Notes under the pieces: generated by a model
The model's input: only the letters and a program-made list of their open reading frames with translations
The model's database searches: none
Told to the model about the DNA's origin: nothing
Source of the DNA: Squalus acanthias
Lineage: Eukaryota
Direction: 5' to 3'
DNA length: 64,000 nucleotides
Assembly: GCA_030390025.1 (NCBI GenBank)
Contig: CM059431.1
Coordinates: forward strand, 115,136,001-115,200,000
Shown here: positions 23,918 through 34,712 of the stretch, one piece after another
Numbering within the stretch: the stretch's first letter is position 1
Layout: the number at the start of each line of letters is the position of its first letter
Made by a program: the position numbers and the translations under genes

Positions 23918-25928
23918 GCCAAGAAGAGGACATATAAATTGGCCAGAAAAAGCAGCAAACCTGAGGATTGGGAGCAGTTTAGGATTCAGCAAAGGAGGAC
24001 AAAGGGATTCATTAAGAGGGGGAAAATAGAATATGAGAGTAAGTTTGCAGGGAACATAAAAACTGACTGTAAAAGCTTCTATAGATATGTGAAGAGAAAA
24101 AGATTGGTGAAGTCAAGCGTAGGTCCCTTGCAGTCAGAATCAGTGGAATTTATAATGGGGAACAAAGAAATGGCTGACCAATTAAATACATACTTTGGTT
24201 CTGTCTTCACAAAGGAGGACACAAATAAACTCCCAGAGATGTCGGGGAACATAGGGTATAATGAGAGGGAGGAATTGAATGAAATCACTATTTGTAGGGA
24301 AATGGTGTTAGGGAAATTGATGGGATTGAAGGCCGATAAATCCCCAGGGCCTGATAATCTACATCCTAGGGTACTTAAGGAAGTGGCCCTAGAAATAGTA
24401 GATGCATTGCTGGTCATCTTTCAAAATTCTATAGACTCTGGAACAGTTCCCATGGATTGGAGGGTAGCTAATGTAACCCCACTATTTAAAAAAGGTGGTA
24501 CAGAAAAAACGGGGAATTATAGACCGGTAAGCCTGACATCGGTAGTGGGCAAAATGCTAGACTCCATTATAAAAGATGTAATAGCAGAGCACTTGGAAAA
24601 CAGTGACAGGATCGGACAAAGTCAACGTGGATTTACAAAAGGGAAATCATGCCTGACTAATCTACTGGAATTTTTTGAGGATGTAACTGGTAGAATAGAT
24701 AAGGGAGAAACAGTGGATGTGGTGTATTTGGACTTTCAGAAGGCTTTTGATAAGGTCCCGCATAAGAGATTAGCGTGCAAAGTTAAAGCACATGGGATTG
24801 GGGGTGAGGTACTGATTTGGATAGAGAACTGGTTGGCAGACAGGAAGCAAAGAGTTGGAATAAACGGGTCTTTTTCCGAGTGGCAGGTAGTGACTAGTGG
24901 GGTACCACAGGGATCGGTGCTAGGACCCCAGCTATTCACAATATATATTAATGATCTAGACGAGGGAACTAGATGTAATATCTCTAAGTTTGCAGACGAC
25001 ACAAAACTGGGTGGGCATGTGTGCTGTGAGGAGGATGCAGAGAAACTCCAGGATGATTTGGACAGGTTGGGTGATTGGGCAGATGCATGGCAGATGCAGT
25101 ATAATATGGATAAATGTGAGGTTATCCACCTTGGTGGCAAAAACAGGAAGACAGATTATTATCTGAACGGCAATAGATTGGGAAAAGGGGAAGTGCAACG
25201 AGATCTGGGAGTCCTCGTGCACCAGTCGCTGAAGGTAAGCATGCAGGTGCAGCAGGTGGTTAAGAAGGCAAATGGTATGTTGGCCTTCATAGCGAGAGGA
25301 TTTGAGTACAGGAGCAAGGATGTCTTGCTGCAGTTGTACAAGGCCTTGGTGAGACCACACCTTGAGTATTGTGTGCAGTTTTGGTCGCCTTATCTGAGGA
25401 AGGATGTTCTTGCCATGGAGGGAGTGCAGCGAAGATTTACCAGACTGATACCTGGGATGGCAGGAATGACGTATGAAGAGAGATTGGGTCGATTAGGCTT
25501 ATATTCGCTAGAGTTTAGAAGAATGAGAGGGGATCTCATTGAAACTTATAAAATTCTAACAGGACTAGACAGATTAGATGCAGGAAGAATGTTCCCGATG
25601 GCGGGGGAGTCCAGAACCAGAGGTCACAGTCTAAGGATAAGGGGTAAGCCATTTAAGACTGAGATGAGGAGGAATTTCTTCACCCAGAGAGTGGTGAACC
25701 TGTGGAATTCTCTACCACAGAAGGCAGTTGAGGCCAATTCATGAAATATATTCAAGAAGGAGATAGGTATATTTCTTAAGGCTAAAGGGATCAAGGGATA
25801 TGGGGAGAAAGCAGGGACAGGGTACTGAATTTAGATGATCAGCCATGATCTCATTAAATGGCAGAGCAGGCTCGATGGGCCAAATGGCCTACTCCTGCTC
25901 CTATCTTCTATGCTTCAATGCTTCTATG
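23918..25928 (+). mobile_element. CR1 LINE, 5'-truncated, uninterrupted RT-containing ORF2 segment
   Basis: ORF 23870-25744 (first ~16 codons are flank) has SPGPDNLHPRVLKE, NYRPVSLTS, YLDFQKAFDKV, GVPQGSVLGP and FADDTKL. Premature stop near the C-terminus, no APE domain, 3'UTR to ~25928. Confidence 0.97.
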
Positions 25929-27183
25929 CCACCCCAGTGGCTGCAGCATGGCTGGTGGAAGGCTGCTGACTTTCAGTGGGAGACACTGCGGATGGCCTTG
26001 CAGGCCGATCTAGAGAAGCTGGTGGCTGGGCGTGTCAAATCGAGTGATGGTGTTTCTTCTTCTTCTTCTTCTGCACTCTCCTCTCCCTCGTCTTGGCCAA
26101 CCACTGGCTGGGCCAGCTGCATTTCTTGGGTGTGTGAAATGAGGAAGGCACAAGGGTGGAGTTGTGGTGAGGGGAGGGCGGGAAAGCAAGAGGTGCATGC
26201 GAGAAGGAGGATAACATATGAGGATACCAGCATCTTGTATCCTTTGTGCCCCACTGCTGGGCAAAGGTTCAGCCATGTCCCTGCCAAGAATGGCCTGAAC
26301 CATCTCCTCCAAAGGGGTGAGGTGAGGCTAGGAATGGGAACTGTGTCTCGTGACTGGTACAGATTGTTGATAGGTGAGTGATTGTGGGGGCCGGGCAGGG
26401 GGGAAGTCGTGCATCAAGCACTGTGTGAAGCTAGTGCTGCAGTTGGTAGGAGACGACTTTTGAAGATGCATTCACTGACCTTGACCAGTGGTCTGAGGTC
26501 ATGAAGCTTCTTTGGGCACTGGAGCCAGGTGGTGGGAGCAACACTGCTGGCAGTGACGGCCTCGGTGATGTGGTCCCACATCATTCTTTCTGGAGGGCCT
26601 CCTGGCCCCTGTGGGTAGAGACCTCTCTTGGAGTGTTGACCCCCTGCACAAAGCTGGAGTGCTGCGTGAGAGACCCTGGTGCCCCTTCCCTGGCTTGCTG
26701 AGCCATTTGTGTTAATGCTGAAACACTTTTCCCATTTTTTGCTGTGCGGAAAGGAATTCAGCTTTAAGATCTGAAGACTCCCATTTGGGACTTATTTTTA
26801 ATGTTATTTTTTTTTAAAAGGCAGTAAGGGCTGAAAATTCAATTTTTTCGCTATTTTGTTAGTTCAGAAGGCATTGCCCTTTTAATGCATTGCCCTTTTA
26901 ATGCATTGCCCTTTTATTTTCCCACAATGCCCAGCGCACTCTATGGCCTCGCTTCCAGAGACTATTGGAAGCTGGAACGCCACTCCTGGACGGGAACTTC
27001 GACTCCCATGCCTGCACTAATGCCACCAGGAAGGCATTACACGGTAAGTTAGCACTGGGCTAAAAAATCATTAGCCCCCAGCGCGCATTTTTCTCTGGTA
27101 GCGCTTCATCCATTATCAGCGGCAGTTAATCCGAGGCCGCGGTGACACCGGCAACTCTTGTGGTGGCCACAAATTTTTAGCTC
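25929..27183 (-). pseudogene. Second Harbinger Myb/SANT gene remnant plus element end
   Basis: From ATG at 26706 the - strand reads MAQQAREGAP...(frameshift) LYPQGPGGPPERMMWDHITEAVTASSVAPTTWLQCPKKLHDLRPLVK|gtcagt. A later exon has EEEEEETPSLDLT. Confidence 0.65.
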
Positions 27184-27554
27184 TGTGTCCTTTATCATGG
27201 ATGGACAAGCCTGTCTTTAAAGGCCTTTGGATTTATTAAATATTAGGCCGATTCTCTGTAGTGTTTAGTTTTGGCTATAACTCTGAACTCCATGGATGAT
27301 CTGGAACTCTGCGTCATCCAGTACAATATTGCATCATGAGGTCTTGTTGCTTGTCAAACTCTGTAGAAAACATATTCTAAAAATTTGTAACCATTTGTAG
27401 ATTGATTCTATTTTTATTGTTTTTAAGCATTGTGCGCTCAGTCTGTTGCTGTATCTCACTGATTTTATTACGATTCAATTCACAAATAATTCTGACTATC
27501 GGTTTTAGCCTGTACAAATTATTCTGTCAGCATGGCATTGGTATTTTTTGAAAG

Positions 27555-27615
27555 AGTCAGGAGAATGTAGCAGGTGTTCCATGGGATCTCCAGCGATCGA
27601 TACGACAAATAGAAG
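27555..27615 (+). CDS. Candidate internal coding exon of an unidentified host gene
   Basis: tattttttgaaag|AGTCAG...AGAAG|gtgaat, 61 nt, reads SQENVAGVPWDLQRSIRQIE+G. Non-repetitive, retains CpGs, and is in phase with 58954. Confidence 0.3.
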
Positions 27616-27819
27616 GTGAATATTAATCCCCGGCATGGTATCCCTCTCTTTTTATATATAAGGGTGCGGGCTTCGATTCCTACAAGACCCATTCTCCTTA
27701 TGAAAACCACCTTTTCACTGTGGGAACGAAACAAAAGTGTTGGTAGAAGGCTTGAACTACAACAGTAGTACAACAGTACTCTGTAAGGGAGGGAGGGGAG
27801 GGAAGAAAGATGGAGAGAA

Positions 27820-28088
27820 ATATAATACATTCAATAAGGAAGTCAGGAGAAACATTCTTTACCCAGAGAGTGGTTAGAATGTGAAACTTGCTACCACATG
27901 GAGTAGTTGAGGCGAATAGTATAGATGCATTTAAGGGGAAGCTAGATAAGTACATGAGGGAGAAAGGAATAGAAGGATATGCTAATAGTGTTAGATGAAG
28001 AGGGTGGGGGAGGCTCGTGTGGAGCATAAACACTGGCATGGACCAGTTGGGCCGAATGGCCTGATTCTGTGCTGTAGATTCTATGTAA
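27820..28088 (+). mobile_element. CR1 3' end
   Basis: ttctttacccagagagtggttagaatgtg...gggccgaatggcctgattctgtgctgtagattctatg. Confidence 0.88.
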
Positions 28089-29089
28089 CGCTTTTTAAAA
28101 ACGAGCTATGGTGAGAATATCCACAAAACGTTACTATGTCAGGCCTGGTATCAATAGAAATGAGAATAAATAAACTGGGTACTACCCTGAAGAATGTGAT
28201 GAAAGTAGTAGACAGGATGAAAGACATTTAACTGCAATGCCAGGAAACATCTAATTCAGAATCAAAATAACTGCATCATGCCTGCAAACCATATTGTCCA
28301 AATATCAGGGCATAAATGTTTATCAAGCATAAGCAACTATTTAAGACTAAATACAGAAAAACAAAAGAGCATCTGCAGGATATTAACTTATTCTGAACAA
28401 TCAGCAGTTGAACGTGGGAAAATAACAATTCCTCACATGAATCCGATTGCTCCCCCGGCTAAACACTGCTGTCCCTTCTTACAAATACCAATGCGGATAC
28501 AGTAAAAATTGGCATTAACTATGGTGCATCCACATCTGGCAATAGTAAAACCAACAAGCACTTTCTATCATCAACCCCCCTCCCAAAAGCTCTAACACTC
28601 TACATGAAAAATGAGAATAAAATGTGTGAAGGCATACCTGTTTAACCCTTCGATGCAGTAAGATGTGCTACATGTAATACTGAATACTGCTTATTTTGAC
28701 CTCTTCCAGCTCAGAAATATAGCAACCGCGTTCAAAGTACAGACTTACTATAATCTAACTGATAAACAATAAATTTGCAATATATTTTCATTGCTTGATT
28801 TTTCAGGAGTGTAAATCTGGCCCCATTGTTTGAGGTTGTTGAAGATGCTTGCAGCTCAAAGATGCCAGTAAATATTTTTCCCCAATGTTCCCCCTTGTCT
28901 TCTGAAGAACAGTTCTATAGGTGGTAGCAGCCCTCCAGTACCTGACCCAAATGAGCATTCACCATGCTTGAACCTAGACATTGTCAGATGCCTGTTCGCC
29001 CATGGGAGTCGCACAGCTGAATCTGATCTTGTTGACGCATGTCCACATAAGTGCAATTTGTAGCAGCGGTCATTAGACAGCAAACAGGC

Positions 29090-29270
29090 AGGAACTATGG
29101 CTTGCTCACTTCTTTCCCTCCTTAGCTCAGGGACACAGCCAATTGTAGAATCCCCACCATCATCCTGACAGAGATCAGCAAACTCAGTGCACACTAGGGA
29201 TAGAACTTGGGATAGTCCCAGTCTTCAATGGCTCGGTACCACACAGTTTGATCCATTTACCCACTGAATC
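29090..29270 (-). mobile_element. Old tRNA-SINE fragment (same family as 48590-48830 +)
   Basis: The - strand reads tcagtgggtaaat...gagccat..gactggga..cccaagttctatccctagtgtgcactgagtttgctgatctc, a B-box-like head. Confidence 0.45.
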
Positions 29271-29400
29271 TTTCGAGGACCTCAAAACAATTCCAGTTCC
29301 TGGTGAGGAGGGTGGTGGTGGTCCCTCTCTCAATCTGTGCTTGCTAGTATATGATGGCTTTAAGACTAGGGCTGTGATGTATGATGCAGATAGAGACATT

Positions 29401-30277
29401 GGGGAAAAATTCAGTATCGCCACGTTTGGGGCGCAATTATTGGCCGGGCGCAAAGATTAGCGCCTGGTGCTAATTATCGCCTCCGACTGCAAACTTGACT
29501 TTTATCGCCCCTGGAGGTGATTGGAGTGCTAAATCAGGTGCTACACATCTGTCTTAAGGCGCAAAGGCCAAGGAGCGAGGCGCTAACTCAGAGCGGTGGC
29601 GAAGCTCATGTGATGTCAGTCAACAATGGAACACATACACAATGGCGCCGGCCAGTTCTTAAAGGGGAGGGTTGATCTTGCTTTCCATCCACATCCTGCT
29701 CATTGCAGCCTTGAATCTCGGCCTGGAGAGACCTGTACATCAAATCTGCTGGAAAGAACAATGGAGAGTGCCAGGGAAAGAGCTCCGAGTGCAACCCCCA
29801 CAGTCTCTTCTAAATCGATACAAGGAAGGGTAAATCAAAATGAACCTGCAAAGTGCTGCTCAGTAGCCAAAACTCCTTCACACAGCGTTGAATCTCTCCA
29901 GAAGTCTCTCTCTCTCTCAGAATGCGTGGTTCAAAAACGTCACCAACAAAAAAAGGCAGGAAGCGGTCGCCTTTAAATAGCGCTCCCCCAGTCCCTTCCT
30001 GACTGCAAAACGCTCCCCTCAACCTGTCGTTGCTAGCAGCAGACAGTAAGGCAGGGGGCGCCACTCAATATCCACTCCGGGGCATTGCGCACTCGACTGA
30101 CGTCACGATCTGCCGGCGCAGGAGATCGTGGCGGTAGTGTTTAGCGCCGCCGCAAAATGTCTAGTTAATTTCGCGAGCGGCGCAAATATCGCCGCGCCCG
30201 GGCGCTAGTTGCTTTGCGCCCCATTAGCGCCCTCTTAAGGTGCTAACGGGAGGCGCAACCTACTGAATTTTTCCCCC
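29401..30277. mobile_element. CpG-rich Harbinger deletion derivative (MITE)
   Basis: 16-bp TIR GGGGAAAAATTCAGTA, with ATT on both flanks (allowing one extra C at right). Retains the Myb start MESARERAP at 29761. Confidence 0.85.
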
Positions 30278-30282
30278 ATTGA

Positions 30283-30520
30283 GTTTACACAGAGAGTTGT
30301 TGTGATCTGGAATGCACTGCCTGAAAGGGTGGTGCTGAAAGCAGATTCAATAGTAACATTCAAAAGAGAATTGGATAAATACTTGAAGGGAAAAAAATTA
30401 CAGGGGCTTAGAGGGAAAGAGCAGGGGAGTGGGATTAATTGGATAGCTCGACCAAAGAGCTGGCACTGGCATGATGGGCCGAATGGCCTCCTTCTGCGCT
30501 GTATCATTTTATGATTCTAT
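30283..30520 (+). mobile_element. CR1 3' end
   Basis: IWNALPERVV..ADSIVTFKRELDKYL plus gggccgaatggcct hairpin and attctat tail. Confidence 0.88.
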
Positions 30521-30607
30521 CTCCTTATGTTGCAGGTACCCCATTAAGGCATCTGAATCATGTGAATTCCATAGCCCAGGCAAATACTTCCTCTGTGCGC
30601 GATGTAC

Positions 30608-31100
30608 ATAAGAATTAGAAGCAGGAGTAGGCCATACGACCCTTCGAGCCTGCTCTGCCATTCAATAATAATAATAATAATTCTTCGACCTCAACTCCAC
30701 TTTCCTGCCTGATCCCCATATCCCTTGATTCCCCTAAAGTCCAAAAATCTATCGATCTCAGCCTTGAATATACTCAACAACTCAGCATCCACAGCCCTTT
30801 GGGGTCGAGAATTCCAAAGATTCACCAACCTCTGAGTGAAGAAACTCTTCCTCATCTCAGTCCTAAATGGCCGACCTCTGGGACTATACCCCTTAGTTCT
30901 AAACTCTCCAGGCAGGAGAAACAACCTCTCAGCATCTACCCTGTCAATTCCCTTCAGTATCTTATATGTTTCAATGAGATCACCTCTCATTCTTGTAAAC
31001 TCCAGAGAGGATAGGCCCAATCTACTCAATCTCTCCTCATAGGACAGCCCCCTCATCCCGGGATCAATCTAGTGAACCTTTGTTGCACCGCCTCTAAGGC
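30608..31100 (-). mobile_element. CR1 3' end
   Basis: ORF 30691-31056(-) GLSYEERLSRLGL..MRGDLIETYKIL..FFTQRLVNLWNS..GIKGYG. Confidence 0.92.
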
Positions 31101-31136
31101 AGGTGTAATGAAATTGTAAACCTGTTCAAGAGGAAC

Positions 31137-31328
31137 AGGATCTAATTTTCAACTGCACCACCTGGATGGCAACCTGGTGGAGCGGGTCACCAGCCCGTTA
31201 TAGAACTCACCCAATTTTCAATTCCATTCACTTCAATGGAATTGAAAAATTGGGCAGGTTCTGTAACAGGTGGGCAATCCACTCCGCCAGGTTACTACCC
31301 GGGGTAGTGAGGTTGAAAATGATCCCCC
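31137..31328. mobile_element. ~190-bp fold-back (palindromic) MITE
   Basis: Arms are complementary along the whole length around cccaattttcaattccatt-cacttc-aatggaattgaaaattggg. Relatives at 19440-19515, 23550-23728 and 47097-47274. Confidence 0.85.
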
Positions 31329-32072
31329 TATGAGTTTACAATATTGCAATATTGCAGCACAGAAGAAACCTCTCTCCACACTTACCCCCCTCCCACCCCA
31401 TATTATTTGCTTCTCCATTTGCTTCATATCTCCTGTATAACACATAGGCTTCTGATTGAGGCCGCTTATCCTGATGGTGCTAAATTGCCAGCAATGGCCC
31501 AACTATGCTTACCTTGACTCAGCTGTCTCTGCAACAATCACTGTTTTGGCTTGTACAGTCCTTTTCCTTTGCTACTTCTTGTATATTGCTTAAATTATTA
31601 GTCAGACCAGGAGATATAAGGACCCGGATCAGAGCACTGACATTTAGTGACACATCACTGCTGGAGTCATTCTTTATTGAGTAATCCTGTTCACATAGCA
31701 TATGCCATGCACTGGTAAAATCTAAATTAAAATTTATCTTTATTGAAACAATGACTCAGAATTGTAATTAAGATAAATATTACTCATTCATTACCTGGTG
31801 GAATTATTTAGATAAAGTTCAGTGATGCTACCACTTTTGCCATATTTTAGATGGAGAACAAAAGCATTGCAGTATTTTGGATTCCAGAAGCTAATGGCAG
31901 CGCACTTAGATCAGCCGTGCATGGTCACTGCGTGGCTCAATAATTATTATTGCTTCAACGGACTTTTCACAAGGATACTTGCTGCGTTTAAGTGTCTTTA
32001 TAAAATGACCAGAGTAGTAATTAGAGTGTAGAGGTGCAAACGAAAAAAGTCTAGATCCCCCCATCCTGACTT

Positions 32073-32510
32073 TAAAAAGAAAGACTTGCATTTATATAGC
32101 GCCTTTCATGACCAACGGACATCCCAAAGCACTTTACAGCCAATGAAGTACTTTTTGAAGTGTAGTCACTGTTGTAATGTAGGAAACACGGCAGCCAATT
32201 TGTGCTTAGCCAGCTCCCACAAACAGCAATTTGATAATGACCAGATAATCTGTTTTTGTTATGTTGATTCAGGGATAAATATTGGCCAGGACACTTCAAA
32301 ATAGTGCCAGGGGATCTTTTACATCCACCTGAGAGAGCAGACGGGGCCTCGGTTTAACGTCTCATCTGAAAGACAGCACCTCCAACAGTGCAGCGCTCCC
32401 TCAGTACTGCACTGGAGTGTTAGCCTAGATTTTTGTGCTCAAGTCGCTGGAGTGGGACTTGAACCCACGACCTTCTGACTCAGAGGCGAGGGTGCTACCA
32501 ACTATCCACT
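32073..32510 (-). mobile_element. DeuSINE (SacSINE1-type tRNA SINE)
   Basis: tRNA head (gggttcaagtcccactcc on -), Deu core gctgtctttcagatgagacgttaaaccgaggcc and L2-like tail aaaggcgctatataaatgcaagtctttc. Confidence 0.88.
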
Positions 32511-33234
32511 GGCTGGCACTAATGAAGGTGTCACAGGGTTTTGCTGTAAATTACCATTATAAGGTAGCTACTGGCTGAACAGTTATGAGAAGCACTATCG
32601 TTAATTGTGTTCTGGTGTAAATTAGAGCAATATGATTGAAAAGGAATCAAGGCGATCATTGTTGTAGACTTCCCAGAATATGGTGACAGTTGTTTTATGA
32701 AAGTCATATGGACATGAAGAGCACTTGGGTGAAGCATTGCCTCTGCCAAATTTCTGTTACAAAACAATACAAAAGTCGAATTAACTTCAGCAAGCTGTCA
32801 AGACATTATTGGACGATGTTCTGAGTCACACAAACCAATAAACATGGGATAAAAGATCTGCAGATTTCACAGTTTTGATCCATAATCAGTTAAACAAGAT
32901 TCAGTTGAAATTCTTCCAAACATTTTATTACAAAGTTGGAATCTGAATACACTGCCAATCAGAACTGCACGGTATGCTTGCTTGACTATGATGTAGGACT
33001 GACTGTATGGGTTCTCGACAATTGCTCAAGATACCTGGTTTTTGAGAAAAATGAGTTTTGCTGTTGCTGATGTACAGAGATGCAAATGCACCTGAATCCT
33101 GCAGCTACTCTTTGGCTTCCAAATTATCCCTCTTTTAACAACCATACTTGTTAATTTATTAAAAAGGAATGTAGTGCGCACTGGATTTCCTGCAGATTCT
33201 CTTGTCTGAAGAACAGCCATTGAGGATTATAATA

Positions 33235-33455
33235 CAGGAATCCCACCCCAACCGCGGTTTTGCCATACGCGGATTTCAAGTATACACGGTTTCCTCTCTG
33301 CGACAAATTTTGCCAACCACGGCAGTGAATTTTGCGTATACGCGGTTTTTAATTTTCAAGTTTCACGGGTCGCGCTTCCAAACACGAGACTCCATTCATC
33401 CGCGCCACTCTTTTGAGCATATTTACTACCACGCGTGGTCTCGCTCCACTTGTGG

Positions 33456-33489
<34 letters not shown>

Positions 33490-34712
33490 AACGTCGTCTC
33501 GTTGCCCCCCATTTTGCCTTTAATTACAGTATTGTTCTGTTTAGCCCTTAATCATGGCCCCTAAGCGTAATCTCAGTGGTAAAGGTGAATCAATAGCGGA
33601 AAAGGTAAGGAATGTAATAACCTTAGATAGGAAATTAGATGTCGTTAATAGACTTGACCGTGGTGAAAGTACAGCATCGGTTGGACGACTAATGGGGGTT
33701 AACGAGTCCACCATTAGAACCATAAAAAAAAGTGAAGTGTCGATAAGGGCTAGTATTGCGGGTGGCTCTTCGAAAAGTGCTAAAGTGTCGTTTATGCCAG
33801 ACCAGAACCAGAAAAAAGTGAATGTTAATTCCGCATGGGTACGTAAGAAGGCCCTTAGTATCTACAAGCATCTTACTGTGGCTGCCGGGGAAAGTGTAAA
33901 TGACATAAAGTTTCAAGCGAGTAAGGGCTGGTTGGAAGGATGACACCATCGCTGACTGCATCACCAACATAAAACAATCGATGGATGAACTGATTAAGAT
34001 GACACTCAACGGCGGCTGGGGTAAACTTTGGAGGGAGGCAGTGAATGACTTCCGAGGCTTCCCTACAGTTCAGCGCATTGTGAAGGTTGCGCGACGTTTG
34101 GGAGGCGAGGGGCTGGCCGACATACAGCCTGATGACGTTGAGGAGCTCCTTAAGTCGCACGGCGAGGAGTTGACGGAGGAGGACCTTGATGAGCTGATAC
34201 AGCATTCTAGTGAGGCAGAGGACGAGGACGAAGACGAGGATATGGTGGAGAAGTCGAAGATGACAAGTGCCAACCTTAGCAATGGCATCTTTATAGCAGC
34301 TACTAATCTCTCGGACCTCTTTATGGAGATTGACCCATTCTTGGAGCGTAGTTTAAAATTCAAGCGAGGTTTGGAGGATTTAATGAGACCAGACAAGCAG
34401 GTCCAGAAAGATATTCAGAAAAAAATGAGTCAACCATCCATCGCAGAATTCTTTAAGAAACCGCCCAGTTGATGACCCAGTTGCATCAACCAGCCGCGAT
34501 GTCGCTTCTCCGCATTCACCCCCCTCGATCGATGATCTTTTTTATTGTGTTATTTAAAATAAAGCAACTTACTTAGGCTCTGACGAGTGTAATTGCGGCC
34601 GCGTTCCCCCTAATCCCATTTTTCCCATAAGGTCTTATATTTGCCAACCGCGGTTTTACCAACCACGGGGGTTTTCAGGGACGTATCCCCCGCGGTTGGG
34701 GAGGGATTACTG
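33235..34712 (+). mobile_element. Tigger/pogo DNA transposon, internal deletion derivative
   Basis: TA TSD (33233-34 / 34713-14). TIRs CAGGAATCCCACCCAACCGCGG / CAGTAATCCCTCCCCAACCGCGG. ORF 33554-33943 has the CENP-B-type HTH (ITLDRKLDVV..VNESTIRTIKK, FQASKGWL). ORF 33981-34472 is the C-terminus. The DDE core is absent. Confidence 0.92.

Noticed and set aside
24079..25360. Antisense ORFs overlapping CR1 (and similar ones over other LINEs/PLEs)
   Set aside because: Shadow frames of the retroelement coding sequence.
23870..25744. 624-aa ORF as a host gene or retron/DGR-type RT system
   Set aside because: It is a 5'-truncated CR1 ORF2 with a CR1 3'UTR. The start codon comes from flanking DNA.
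33554..34472. Host TIGD1/CENPB gene
   Set aside because: Bounded by TIRs and a TA TSD, with the catalytic region deleted: a transposon copy.
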